A stretch of DNA of 64,000 nucleotides from a virus, in IMG/VR virus record IMGVR_UViG_3300028840_005768, positions 987 through 64,986 of that record. One strand, given 5' to 3'. Made by a program: the position numbers and the translations under genes. How positions within the stretch are numbered: the first letter of the stretch is position 1; each line of letters begins with the position of its first letter. Shown piece by piece: positions 8,872-17,817 of this stretch. The notes beneath the pieces are model-generated. The model was given only the letters and a program-made list of their open reading frames with translations, made no database searches and was not told the DNA's origin.

Positions 8872-10048
8872 TGGTCTCGGGTATACCGTGGTAGGCGCCG
8901 TGTTTCTTTACGGTAGCCTTGATGGTAAGTACATCGCCCTTCTCGATGTCATCTAATTCCTTGGAGGCAAACCATTTCAAGAGGTTGCCTGCACGATCTT
9001 CAAAGATAAGTAAGGTTGTGGTTCCGTATCGACCGTCGAACCAGTTCATTCCGACGACGGTTAGAGGGCCGAAGACTTCGCGCTTCTTGACAGTGCCGAC
9101 GTGACCCCGAGTCTTCTTTTCAAACTCACGTCGTTTGACTTCCAGTTCCTGGTGTTTCAGGTAGGCTTGAATGGCGGAGGCGACGATACCGGTCGTCCGG
9201 TACGTGACATAGCCACAGCGGCAGGCAACGCCCAGGTTGTACAGATAGTCCGAGACACCGGTCACCGGCTGCGATTGGGCCCAGGCAAGCGCCTCGGCCG
9301 CCAGTTTCTCGTCGCGCTCCTGCCAATACAGGTTGTTCTTCTCGATCCAGCGTGCGTGCTCCCGCTTGTCTTCTGCAGTGCGGCAGTTCGGCTTGAGCAG
9401 GTTCCAGGCATCGGTTGCCGTGCTGGTCTCATCCAGGCGAGCAGCTCGCCGGCTGAGCCATCCGAGTCGCCGGATACAGATCGCCACGGCGTTCAGGTAT
9501 TCGACCACGTCGATGACGTCCGGGCCGCCGCCCCACCCCTTCTCAGCTTGCTCCACGGCTTCATTGATCGAGAAGCCCCACTCAGCTTGCTTGAGCAGCA
9601 TCTCAGGCGAGGTGCCGCCGAGGAAGTCGGCGAGACACGACCGACCAACCTGCTTGTGCTCACCGTTCTCATGCCGGAGGACGAATACTTCTTTCCGTCG
9701 GCGCTGCGTGCGGCAGTGGTCACATTCCAGGCCGCGGGTGCGGAATTCCTCGGGACACTCTTCGCCCGGGACGCAGCGGATGAGCCGCTCATCACCCAGG
9801 TACTCGATTACAGCAACCAGGCACCAGTTCGCTAGTTTCGGTGTCTCGCCGGTGACCTGGACATCGATCATGGGCACCTGATACTTGATGACCTTGCCGC
9901 CCGGCATCACGCGCGACCGCTCGACTTGCTCTTCACCCAAGATCGTGATCTCGGCCGGCGGGCAACCTAGCTTGGCCGCCCGCCGGTTGAGCTGCTCCAG
10001 CTTGGAGCGAAGGATCTTCAGGTTGTGTGGATGAATCAAGTGTCCCAT
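8783..10048 (-). CDS. conserved phage protein with zinc motif and C-terminal OB-like domain
   Basis: CDHC..RRRK..VGRSCL.DFLG; KATVK.H..Y.G..ET.V.R end; leaderless start after promoter. Confidence 0.7.
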   Translation of the reverse strand: MGHLIHPHNLKILRSKLEQLNRRAAKLGCPPAEITILGEEQVERSRVMPGGKVIKYQVPMIDVQVTGETPKLANWCLVAVIEYLGDERLIRCVPGEECPEEFRTRGLECDHCRTQRRRKEVFVLRHENGEHKQVGRSCLADFLGGTSPEMLLKQAEWGFSINEAVEQAEKGWGGGPDVIDVVEYLNAVAICIRRLGWLSRRAARLDETSTATDAWNLLKPNCRTAEDKREHARWIEKNNLYWQERDEKLAAEALAWAQSQPVTGVSDYLYNLGVACRCGYVTYRTTGIVASAIQAYLKHQELEVKRREFEKKTRGHVGTVKKREVFGPLTVVGMNWFDGRYGTTTLLIFEDRAGNLLKWFASKELDDIEKGDVLTIKATVKKHGAYHGIPETIVQRVIVENRHETQTHPQDEPNRPETILV

Positions 10049-10056
10049 ACTATTCA

Positions 10057-10085
10057 AGTATAGGTTGCGAGTGGCGTAATGTCAA
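10057..10085 (-). promoter_or_regulatory. early sigma70 promoter TTGACA-17-TATACT (leaderless mRNA)
   Basis: tgtcaa 10080-85, agtata 10057-62; ATG 8 nt downstream. Confidence 0.9.
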
Positions 10086-10099
10086 ATGACAAAGAGAAG

Positions 10100-10465
10100 T
10101 TATTCCGCCGGCCTCTCTACGTACTGGTTCTCCCACAGCTCTTCGCGCTCGACGATCAGTTCTCCAACCTGCTTGTCACCCTGCATCAGGTCGACGGTTG
10201 CCCGCTTCTTAGTGATTGCCGGGATGGGCCAGTTGTGTCGTAGGAGGGTGGGGATTAAGGTCTCTCTCCAAACGTTCATCCATGGCGTCCGCCGGTAGAT
10301 TTCCAGAAAGTTGTCAAGGGTCGGCGGGTAGCCAAACCGAAGCGAGACCGGCCGGTAGAACTGTGGTCCTTCCTCGAAGCCGTAGGTTGGGATGGGGGTG
10401 ACGTCGGCTTCGGCCGCCCGTGGCCAGAATCGGATTGTCAGGCACCAGATATCGTGTCGTTTCAT
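10100..10465 (-). CDS. hypothetical protein
   Basis: ORF track. Confidence 0.55.
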   Translation of the reverse strand: MKRHDIWCLTIRFWPRAAEADVTPIPTYGFEEGPQFYRPVSLRFGYPPTLDNFLEIYRRTPWMNVWRETLIPTLLRHNWPIPAITKKRATVDLMQGDKQVGELIVEREELWENQYVERPAE

Positions 10466-10743
10466 GCTGCATCTGCTCGGTAGCGTGCGAACGCGGGTAG
10501 CTTATCGATCAGCTTGCGCTCAAGCGCTTCTTGGGCGAGTTGCTGCCAGACCCAGTAGTCATCAACAACTCTGTCGCCGGCACACATCAGTGTCATGAGC
10601 GCTTGTAGGATGGGGTGCTCGGAGGAAGGATCATCGAGCCAGAGTTGAAGTGCATCATCGGTAAGGCCGCCAATGAGCTTCTTACCGAGGATGGCGTTAT
10701 CGCTATGGCGAGGATACTGTTGACGATCGTGTTCGGTGATCAT
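10462..10743 (-). CDS. hypothetical protein
   Basis: ORF 10462..10782; GGAG SD before MITEHD. Confidence 0.6.
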   Translation of the reverse strand: MITEHDRQQYPRHSDNAILGKKLIGGLTDDALQLWLDDPSSEHPILQALMTLMCAGDRVVDDYWVWQQLAQEALERKLIDKLPAFARYRADAA

Positions 10744-10812
10744 GTTCTCTCCAGAGGAAAAAGTGGGAGCAGGTCGCCACAACCGGCTCCCATTGCAACA
10801 GGGACAGCCAAG

Positions 10813-11164
10813 TGGACCCGCCGGGAATTGAACCCGGGTCCTGCGACAGTTCCATGCCGCCGTCTACGTGCGTATTCGATCGATCGGATCTTGCTGGGTC
10901 AGGCTCGATCGACAAAGCGATTACCAGCCAGCCGGCGTAATCTTGGCCCCAGTCGTACCGGCATCGTACCGGGGTTGCTTGCCGAGGTGGTCGGCCGACC
11001 GGTTGCCCACCTCGGCGAGGGCTTCCGGCCGGAGCTGCTTACGCAGCCATTGCCAATTCGGTCTTGGCGTCTAAAGGAATGATCGGCTTTTAACGTGGCC
11101 CATGCCGATCAACCACGGCACGCAGGCAAGTCACTTTCCTGCCCAGTCGATTCCTGTCGGGCCC
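10813..11164 (-). ncRNA. ssrA: tmRNA (ssrA), 352 nt, tag (A)DAKTELAMAA*
   Basis: acceptor stem GGGCCCG/CGGGUCC with G3.U70, discriminator A, T-arm GGTTCAATTCCC, 5' GACAGGAATCGAC, tag ORF 11039-11071 after TTTA resume context; CCA not encoded. Confidence 0.95.
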
Positions 11165-11405
11165 AGTACTCGGGGTCGACGTGGTAGTACATCCTTCCGC
11201 GGAGGCCTGTTCGCGACAGGATGCCTGCCTCGATCAGATGGTTCAGTGCGCCGGCTACTTGGAGATCCAAGCGGGGATTGTCCAGTTCTGGGTGTTGTTT
11301 TCGCAGCATCTGAACCATCTTGGACCGGGTGGCAATGCCGAGACCTTGATTCAAGGCCTCGATCAGCACTTCAATCAAGGCTTCGATGAGCGCTTCCGAG
11401 ATCAT
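11109..11405 (-). CDS. small winged-helix-like protein; last 56 nt overlap tmRNA 5' end
   Basis: ORF track; R..MVQML..V..ALNHLIEAGIL.R.G..Y pattern. Confidence 0.55.
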   Translation of the reverse strand: MISEALIEALIEVLIEALNQGLGIATRSKMVQMLRKQHPELDNPRLDLQVAGALNHLIEAGILSRTGLRGRMYYHVDPEYWARQESTGQESDLPACRG

Positions 11406-11569
11406 GCCGTCACCTTGGCTTCCACTCGCATCAGCTTGTTGGCCAAGTGCTGCAGTCGTAGGGCGGCAGTCGCCACGTCGGACGGCGGCTTCGGTGACTG
11501 AAGGTACTCCAGGATGCGGTCGGTATCTTGCTTGTACTGAGCGATTTCTGCGACGGAAAGCTTGATCAT
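11402..11569 (-). CDS. hypothetical protein, 55 aa
   Basis: GAGG SD before MIKLSV; ATGA overlap. Confidence 0.55.
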   Translation of the reverse strand: MIKLSVAEIAQYKQDTDRILEYLQSPKPPSDVATAALRLQHLANKLMRVEAKVTA

Positions 11570-11582
11570 GGGTTCCTCTGTT

Positions 11583-11621
11583 GGAAAAGGGGCTAGCGGC
11601 CCCGCCAGTCGGCCGCTAGCC
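11583..11621 (-). terminator. rho-independent terminator
   Basis: 11-bp stem ggctagcggcc/ggccgctagcc followed by CCTTTT on - strand. Confidence 0.7.
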
Positions 11622-11646
11622 ATTGCCGAAGGTAGCCTCGTGCTGG

Positions 11647-11874
11647 CTACACAATCTCGTACGCTTCTGCCTCACGTAGGTATTCCGTGCTGAGTCCTAT
11701 CTGTTTTCCTTGCACGAATACAACGGCATTCTCATCTGGAAACGATGGCTCATGACACTCGGTGACCACATAGAATTTGCCAGATTCCAGCGGGCAACGT
11801 GTCGACGTTGGGGTGACAATCGTACCCGGTGCGAACCAGTTGAATGTTACTGTGAAGGTCTTGGTGCGCTTCAT
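11647..11874 (-). CDS. hypothetical protein
   Basis: ORF track; coupled to recombinase stop. Confidence 0.55.
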   Translation of the reverse strand: MKRTKTFTVTFNWFAPGTIVTPTSTRCPLESGKFYVVTECHEPSFPDENAVVFVQGKQIGLSTEYLREAEAYEIV

Positions 11875-12746
11875 GCTCGGGGATGATGGGCCGTGTGGAT
11901 GTCTTGTTTCCGAGTCGTCGAGACGTGCAAGTAAACTTGCGTCGAGGTAATGGCCTTGTGGCCGAGCAGCTCCTGCACGCTGCGAACGTCCGCACCGCTG
12001 TCAAGCAAGTGGGTGGCGTACGAGTGCCGCAAGGTATGCGGGGTGACGCCGTCCAGGCCGGCTGCTGCCATGATCCGTCGCACCGAGCGGTCGGTCAGCC
12101 GGCCACCGCGGAAGTTGAGGAACAGAGCCCCTGGCTCATCTCCGCGTTCGACGAGGTACCGTTCAAGCGCGGCGACCGCCTTGCTGCCGATCGGGCAGAT
12201 TCGTTCCCGGCCGCCTTTGCCCATTACACGGACCGTGTTGAGTCCGACGTCGATCAGATCAAGGCCGACCAGCTCGGAAACACGGAGGCCGCCACCATAC
12301 ATCACTTCCAGTAATGCACGGTCGCGAGCATTGTCAACAGACTCCAAGAGCTGGTCGGCCTCGTCGACAGAGAGCACGCGAGGCAAAACTTGGTCACGCC
12401 GCGGAAGGTCCAACTCCCGCGCCGGGTTGTCTTGAGCCCATCCTTCCCGCTTGCCGAAGCGGAAGAACGAACGGATACAGGCAAGCTTCCGACCGATTGT
12501 CGAAGCGGCGTAGCCACGGGTGTGGAGATTCTCGAGCCAGGCTCGCAGGTCACTCATGGTGATCGCGTTGGCCGGCTTATCGCCGAGGAATTCTGCTAGC
12601 TGTTCCAGATCCTGCTGGTAGGCACGAATCGTGGTCTCAGGGCAGTTTCGTTCCACTACGAGATAGCTGGAGAAGTCCCCGGTCGCCTGGCGAATGGTCA
12701 GGTGTCCCGGCTGCGGCGCGTCGAATAGTCTGAGTGCTGTGCTCAT
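11871..12746 (-). CDS. xerC: XerC/XerD-like tyrosine recombinase
   Basis: [56 protein letters not shown]. Confidence 0.9.
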   Translation of the reverse strand: MSTALRLFDAPQPGHLTIRQATGDFSSYLVVERNCPETTIRAYQQDLEQLAEFLGDKPANAITMSDLRAWLENLHTRGYAASTIGRKLACIRSFFRFGKREGWAQDNPARELDLPRRDQVLPRVLSVDEADQLLESVDNARDRALLEVMYGGGLRVSELVGLDLIDVGLNTVRVMGKGGRERICPIGSKAVAALERYLVERGDEPGALFLNFRGGRLTDRSVRRIMAAAGLDGVTPHTLRHSYATHLLDSGADVRSVQELLGHKAITSTQVYLHVSTTRKQDIHTAHHPRA

Positions 12747-12752
12747 ATTACA

Positions 12753-12781
12753 AGCATACCATCAAAGGTGGCGTAAGTCAA
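12753..12781 (-). promoter_or_regulatory. sigma70 promoter TTGACT-17-TATGCT (leaderless xerC mRNA)
   Basis: agtcaa 12776-81, agcata 12753-58; ATG 6 nt downstream. Confidence 0.75.
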
Positions 12782-12782
12782 A

Positions 12783-13103
12783 TCAGCCAAGCAGAATTCT
12801 CCAGATGATGTACAGGAACAGGGCGCCCAGGGCGGCCAGCGTGGCATACAGGTATCGGTTGTCCGCCGCGGGCTCTGACTCCGGCCGCTTCTCGTAGCCG
12901 AGTGCCTCGAACCAGTCATCGGGCACCTCTTCGGCTGGGATCTCGACCCAATCACCACTTGGGCTGAATCCTTGCTCGCAGACGGTTTCTGGCCCGCCAC
13001 CCTTAGGTCCGCGGCCGACAAAGACGACGTCCTGGAACCCTGCCGGGCATCGCGTTGTGAGCGCGACGTAACCTTCTGATGTCTTGTAGTAGGTGATCTT
13101 CAT
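12783..13103 (-). CDS. hypothetical protein with C-terminal TM helix
   Basis: ORF track; YLYATLAALGALFLYIIWRILLG. Confidence 0.6.
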   Translation of the reverse strand: MKITYYKTSEGYVALTTRCPAGFQDVVFVGRGPKGGGPETVCEQGFSPSGDWVEIPAEEVPDDWFEALGYEKRPESEPAADNRYLYATLAALGALFLYIIWRILLG

Positions 13104-13384
13104 TCCAGTGGACACCAGCAAAGTAGGCTCTTGTACGGGTAGGATTCGTATAGGGCCAGTCGCTGCTCTTCGGTGGTCTCAACGGCTTCTGGTGCCGGTG
13201 GATTGTCGCCAATCTCGATCAGGTGAGCAGTCTTCAGGTCCAAGGCGACGTGATACAGGTGTGCATGCGACTTGACGCCGGGGAATGACTTCCTTGCTTC
13301 ACGTTCTGTGGGGAACGTGTAAACGTGCCCGTTTGCCTGCACGAACACGAAGCCATCGTCCGTTTGGGAGCCAAAGGCGAACAT
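13100..13384 (-). CDS. hypothetical protein
   Basis: ORF track. Confidence 0.55.
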   Translation of the reverse strand: MFAFGSQTDDGFVFVQANGHVYTFPTEREARKSFPGVKSHAHLYHVALDLKTAHLIEIGDNPPAPEAVETTEEQRLALYESYPYKSLLCWCPLE

Positions 13385-13387
13385 GCA

Positions 13388-13567
13388 CTACTTCCTGATA
13401 CGGGAACGAAGTCGCCGCGCACTGCGGATGCGCACTTCGCGGCCAGTCACCGTGTTGCGGCCGATCCACCCACCATAGTGACATTCATTGAGGATTTTGA
13501 CCGGCACCACTTTGCCGCTGACTTTCACTCTGTAAGTGCCGCCGATTTCGACGTCTTTCTTTTTCAT
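13388..13567 (-). CDS. small basic SH3-like phage protein
   Basis: GGAGGTG SD; MKKKDVEIGGTY.VKVSG..GGW.G.N..TGREVRIRSARRLR. Confidence 0.75.
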   Translation of the reverse strand: MKKKDVEIGGTYRVKVSGKVVPVKILNECHYGGWIGRNTVTGREVRIRSARRLRSRIRK

Positions 13568-13585
13568 GGTCACCTCCTCTATTCA

Positions 13586-13614
13586 AGTATAGGTTGCGAG
13601 TGACGTCATGTCAA
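13586..13614 (-). promoter_or_regulatory. early sigma70 promoter TTGACA-17-TATACT
   Basis: tgtcaa 13609-14, agtata 13586-91; near-identical to the 10057 promoter. Confidence 0.9.
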
Positions 13615-13650
13615 ATGAAAAGAGAGAAGGATTTCGGTGGCACGGGTTCC

Positions 13651-14022
13651 TCAGCCGCTGTAGGTGTTCGGCCCGTCTGGCTCTCGCCGGATGCAGAAGC
13701 CACGATCGTCGACCGCAGTGCTATCGTTGAACGCTTGGGCGACGTCGACCGGCGGGGCCCAGGCGGGGATCTCGCCCTCTTCGGCCGGATCGTAGCCTCG
13801 GTTGTACTTGGAGCCGAAGTGAACAGCCCCGGCTGCAGCGATGTCGAATGCGGCCGGCAATACTCCCTCGGATTCGGTCGTGCGGTTCCGCTCGACGAGG
13901 ACGTGGTCAAACGGCCATTCCAATTCCTGGAGAAGGATCCGCCCGCTGAACCGAAGCCGCTCGCCCTCGGCACCATGGAATCGTAGCTCGATTGTTAGAT
14001 CACCGCAGTATCGTGTTTCCAT
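13651..14022 (-). CDS. hypothetical protein
   Basis: ORF track. Confidence 0.55.
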   Translation of the reverse strand: METRYCGDLTIELRFHGAEGERLRFSGRILLQELEWPFDHVLVERNRTTESEGVLPAAFDIAAAGAVHFGSKYNRGYDPAEEGEIPAWAPPVDVAQAFNDSTAVDDRGFCIRREPDGPNTYSG

Positions 14023-14030
14023 GGGCTGTA

Positions 14031-15461
14031 TTATGCGGCAAAGGCCACGATGATGTCAATGAGGAACTGCTGGAAGTCGCGCGAGTTGTCGGTGGCGCCA
14101 GTGATGTAGTGGGCTACCTCTTCCAGGGCGGTCTTGAGCAGATACTTGCTCATACCACTGGCGATATCGTCGCGGATGTAGACGTGGTCGCCCTGTTGGA
14201 ATCCAAGCGTCTCGCTTTCGGCATGCATGATGTCACGGTAACAGGCGACCTGCGGAGGGATCTTGCCCTGCGTCATTTTGAGATTCTCGATCCAGCCCCA
14301 GACCGTCGCCACTGCCTGGTTGGCTGCATCGGTTGCCGGGAGGATCTCTTTGCCGTTCTTCTCGTTTTCGCTCAAAAGTCGGTCCGCGGTTTTGATTCCC
14401 GTCTGAGTGGCACCGACAATCCATGCGCTTGGCTTGATGGATTGCGTCTCGTACCCTTTGCGGGCGACCAGCTCCGCCTGTTTGACGGAGGAGTCACATA
14501 GGACGGCGTCACCGGCCGCCTCCTTCCAGGCCCCTTGCCACGCCGCTTGTTTCTCTTCGGATGGCTGTTGCCATGAGGGGCAGAGGTAATAGGGATCGAG
14601 CCCCGACTCGAATGTCGTCTCGTCATTGAGTAGGCTGCTGAACACGGTCGCCAGAGTCGTGGCGTCAGCGGCCGAGATCAAGCGCGCGCACGCTGCTCGA
14701 ATCGTGTACTCGCTGCTGTTGCGTGATTCGTCGATCTCCAATTCGTGCGGCCTGAAGTTGTAGTCGAAGAGGCTCGGGTCCTTGGTTTCGGCGATCTCTC
14801 GCACAAAGACGCCACAGCGGTACACCATCGGCGTCAGACCATTGCCGAGGTTACGGTCAGCCTTGTGCAGGATCGACTTGTGAACCTGCGAGGGGTCATG
14901 GGAGAAGTGCAGGAACCGGCGAGGCAGCTCCCCATAGTAGCGCTGCACTTCCTGGCTCAATTCGATGAAGATTCGCGTGTAGTCATCTTTCGCTCGACGA
15001 CGGCTTTCGTCGACCACGGTGACGGTGAGCCGGTCTGCATCCTTGGCGGCAACGAAATCGCCTTCCTGGCGGATGGTACGATCGATGGCGTTGGCGATGA
15101 ATTCGCGCAATCCCATGCCGAGATCCGTCCAGTCAATCGACCCGAAATCGAGGCACCAGCCCAGGTCGAGTAGCTTGGTCGACGTGCCACCCATCTGACA
15201 CATGACCTTTCGCACGCGCTTCTCGGTGAGACCGTCATTGACGGTTTCGTCTTTGGTGAAGAATTCCAGGCGGGTCCGGCCGCAGTAGATGCACACCTTC
15301 AACCCGGCACGAAGCAGTATGTTGATCGCATGCTTCGCGCCGGAGCCGAATTGACCGCTCGTGCCGGCCACGCCACAACCACGCGTGGTCGACATGCCGA
15401 GCAGGGTGTAGCCTTCAACGGGGGCAACGCCGGGGTTTTGAATCATCAAGTACTGCATCAA
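14031..15461 (-). CDS. GHKL-type ATPase (motif order permuted) with C-terminal zincin-like EExxH
   Basis: LMIQNPG (G1), GQFGSG (G2), then REFIANAID (N-box), TRIFI; ALEEVAH near C-terminus. Confidence 0.65.
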   Translation of the reverse strand: MMQYLMIQNPGVAPVEGYTLLGMSTTRGCGVAGTSGQFGSGAKHAINILLRAGLKVCIYCGRTRLEFFTKDETVNDGLTEKRVRKVMCQMGGTSTKLLDLGWCLDFGSIDWTDLGMGLREFIANAIDRTIRQEGDFVAAKDADRLTVTVVDESRRRAKDDYTRIFIELSQEVQRYYGELPRRFLHFSHDPSQVHKSILHKADRNLGNGLTPMVYRCGVFVREIAETKDPSLFDYNFRPHELEIDESRNSSEYTIRAACARLISAADATTLATVFSSLLNDETTFESGLDPYYLCPSWQQPSEEKQAAWQGAWKEAAGDAVLCDSSVKQAELVARKGYETQSIKPSAWIVGATQTGIKTADRLLSENEKNGKEILPATDAANQAVATVWGWIENLKMTQGKIPPQVACYRDIMHAESETLGFQQGDHVYIRDDIASGMSKYLLKTALEEVAHYITGATDNSRDFQQFLIDIIVAFAA

Positions 15462-15682
15462 GCCCTCACAAGTTGGTGGAGTCCGCCTCGGTCAAGCCAA
15501 GAGTCGATCAGGGTGGTAAAGTGTTTGGCGACCGTCTTCCGACCGTGCTTTCGACGAAGACCGTAGTAGGGATTCCCGCGCATCCAAGAGATGAAGGCGA
15601 CCCGGTATTCCTGGCCTGATTCCAGGCCGGGGATTTGGGGAAAGCCGATGACACGAAATTTCTGGCCTTCTCGGAGTTTCAT
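15458..15682 (-). CDS. hypothetical protein
   Basis: ORF track, start MKLREG. Confidence 0.5.
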   Translation of the reverse strand: MKLREGQKFRVIGFPQIPGLESGQEYRVAFISWMRGNPYYGLRRKHGRKTVAKHFTTLIDSWLDRGGLHQLVRA

Positions 15683-16119
15683 GCTGCCAGCTCCGCTTGG
15701 AGTTCCTGCCACTCGGCGTGCCGTTGGCTGCTGTCGAAGTCGATGTGCGTCTCGCTGCCGTCGTAGTTCCACTGGTCTGCCATCCGTCCCAACGTCTTGA
15801 GCAGTTCGGCCGCTTCCGGCATTAAACGCGGTGTCTCCTCCTGCTCCATCATCAGCCGGCAGAATCGATCGGTTCCCCGCGCATCGTTGATTTCGTGCTC
15901 CAGCTCCCAGTACCGTCGATTGTGGATGGGGTGCGGGTAGTCGCGGATGATGATGTTCAGGGACTGGCCGCCGGAGTAACGCTCAATGCGGACGCTGTAT
16001 CGGCAGGCCGGTAGCTGATCGGCGGCGACTGCGGCCTTGATCTCGGCACGCAACCGCTTGGCGATCTTGGCAATGTCCAGGCCTCTTTCGTACTTGTCGC
16101 TGTAGGTGATCTCGTACAT
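15679..16119 (-). CDS. LPD29-like (large polyvalent protein-associated) domain protein
   Basis: IAK.LRAEIK..YSVR...YSGGQSLNI; GGAGG SD. Confidence 0.6.
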   Translation of the reverse strand: MYEITYSDKYERGLDIAKIAKRLRAEIKAAVAADQLPACRYSVRIERYSGGQSLNIIIRDYPHPIHNRRYWELEHEINDARGTDRFCRLMMEQEETPRLMPEAAELLKTLGRMADQWNYDGSETHIDFDSSQRHAEWQELQAELAA

Positions 16120-16135
16120 GCTCGCCTCCTAATCA

Positions 16136-16164
16136 ATTATAGGTTGCTAGCAACGTAATGTCAA
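16136..16164 (-). promoter_or_regulatory. consensus sigma70 promoter TTGACA-17-TATAAT
   Basis: tgtcaa 16159-64, attata 16136-41. Confidence 0.9.
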
Positions 16165-16165
16165 A

Positions 16166-16810
16166 TCACAAACGACAAGAACCCGGTAGAAACGGGTTGT
16201 AGACCAGTGGATTGAGGGCTCGCTGTTTCATGCTGGCGACTGCATCGGTGAGACTGAGGGTCCGCACCATGGCATCAAACATCCATGGCTCGCAGTCAGC
16301 CCATAGCTCGAAGTCGGCGTGATCAACGCTGAATAGACTGGCAGAGTGGCGCTCGTTGACCGTGCGGACGTGGGCTGTAAAGCCGAGTACCTCCAGCCGA
16401 TCGACCAGCGGCAGCAGCTCGCCGCGCGCATACTTCTTGGCGCCATATCCCTGACTGCTGTAAGTGTGGGAGGAGGCGATCTTCAGCCGGTGCATGCAGC
16501 CATCTGGCTTGAACTCCACCTCAGGCGCCAGTACATCAAGCAAGTTTTCACGGCGTATTTGTAGATTTCCTAACTCGGCATCTAATTGCAGGATTTCCTG
16601 GCCGAGTGGACTATTGAGAATGTCATTTCGAATCTCGGTCGCCACTTCTTCAGGAAGTGGATTGAAGATTGTTCGAGCTTGGGGCTGACGTTTCTTCTGT
16701 CCGGCGTAAACACGCTCGTCATACTGTGCTTGTGCCTGCTCGCGTAGAGCTTGCAAGTTGGCTCGCATGTCATTATATGACGTTTGATAGATGGCTTGGT
16801 AGGTACTCAT
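16166..16810 (-). CDS. hypothetical coiled-coil protein
   Basis: ORF track, start MSTYQA. Confidence 0.55.
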   Translation of the reverse strand: MSTYQAIYQTSYNDMRANLQALREQAQAQYDERVYAGQKKRQPQARTIFNPLPEEVATEIRNDILNSPLGQEILQLDAELGNLQIRRENLLDVLAPEVEFKPDGCMHRLKIASSHTYSSQGYGAKKYARGELLPLVDRLEVLGFTAHVRTVNERHSASLFSVDHADFELWADCEPWMFDAMVRTLSLTDAVASMKQRALNPLVYNPFLPGSCRL

Positions 16811-17313
16811 GCAGGAAGCCCCTTCAGTCGTCTGTTCAACGTGTCCCATTGGTCGATGCCGATCAAACCCAAGTCATGAACACGTTCGAGCCAGTCTTCC
16901 AGAAGTGTCACCATGCCTTCAATCTCACCACTCCGCACCTGGAGCTGCCGGTCGACGACCTGCTGCAGAAACAAGGTGTTTGCTTCGCGACTGATAACGT
17001 CAAAGCGAAGGCCGACGCGGTACATGGTCTCCCCGTCGCCTTCATCTGTGGAGAGGTTGCAGTGATCTCTGGGGTCATCGGTGAAGAAACAGCCCAACTC
17101 GCCGAGCTTGTGGTGCAGGTCGTCCAATGCGCTTTCGGCGTCGGTCCCGACGCCTATGATCGCCATTTGGAAAATGACGGGTTCAATGGTCGCCTCTTGG
17201 CAGACACCGAAGTCGACAATCTGGAAGTCATGAATCGGAATCATAGGCTTCAATCTCTTTGTGACGTTGACGGCAGGCTTCCCATGCTGTGTCATCATCA
17301 ACGTCAAAGACAT
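16807..17313 (-). CDS. hypothetical protein
   Basis: ORF track. Confidence 0.5.
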   Translation of the reverse strand: MSLTLMMTQHGKPAVNVTKRLKPMIPIHDFQIVDFGVCQEATIEPVIFQMAIIGVGTDAESALDDLHHKLGELGCFFTDDPRDHCNLSTDEGDGETMYRVGLRFDVISREANTLFLQQVVDRQLQVRSGEIEGMVTLLEDWLERVHDLGLIGIDQWDTLNRRLKGLPA

Positions 17314-17455
17314 GCATCATCCATTCCTGAGCAACAGCAAAGTCAAATGCTGCTGCCGTCTCTTCGTGGGTGGATTGCGTCGTCCACACCATGCGAACGA
17401 TCTTGACCCCTTGCCGTTGCGTCAGGAAGATTTGTCTCGGGACGTGTTGACTCAT
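17228..17455 (-). CDS. hypothetical protein (leaderless)
   Basis: ATG 9 nt after -10 box. Confidence 0.55.
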   Translation of the reverse strand: MSQHVPRQIFLTQRQGVKIVRMVWTTQSTHEETAAAFDFAVAQEWMMHVFDVDDDTAWEACRQRHKEIEAYDSDS

Positions 17456-17464
17456 ACTATTTCA

Positions 17465-17493
17465 AGTATAGGTTGCTGGTGGCGTTATGTCAA
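17465..17493 (-). promoter_or_regulatory. early sigma70 promoter TTGACA-17-TATACT
   Basis: tgtcaa 17488-93, agtata 17465-70. Confidence 0.9.
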
Positions 17494-17675
17494 GCAGACT
17501 CGTCGATGCTCCACTCATTTGATTGGAATGCGTGCCAGCCGTGCCCGAGCCCGGTGGCCACATCATCAAATTGAGCGAGAATCTCTGGAGCATCGGAGAC
17601 CAGGAGCAATGCTGTCTTTCCCCGCAGTTCCAGACGACCACCAATGTAGGTCCCACGCTTCATTTTGATTGGCAT
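17490..17675 (-). CDS. small hypothetical protein
   Basis: ORF track; GGAG SD. Confidence 0.5.
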   Translation of the reverse strand: MPIKMKRGTYIGGRLELRGKTALLLVSDAPEILAQFDDVATGLGHGWHAFQSNEWSIDESA

Positions 17676-17817
17676 TTATTCTCTCCTGTGGTGCATAACC
17701 GGATCCCGTCCCCCGGGGGAAAGTCAGATCGGCGTCAGTCGCCGTGCGTACTTGCCGTCGATCTCGAAGCCGCTTCTCTCCAGTACTCTGAACCCGATCT
17801 CCACGTTGTCGAAGAAG

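Noticed and set aside
10615-11082. ORFs overlapping the tmRNA (10615..11082 +, 10703..10915 -, 10868..11074 +)
   Set aside because: They overlap a well-formed tmRNA and have no recognisable motifs.
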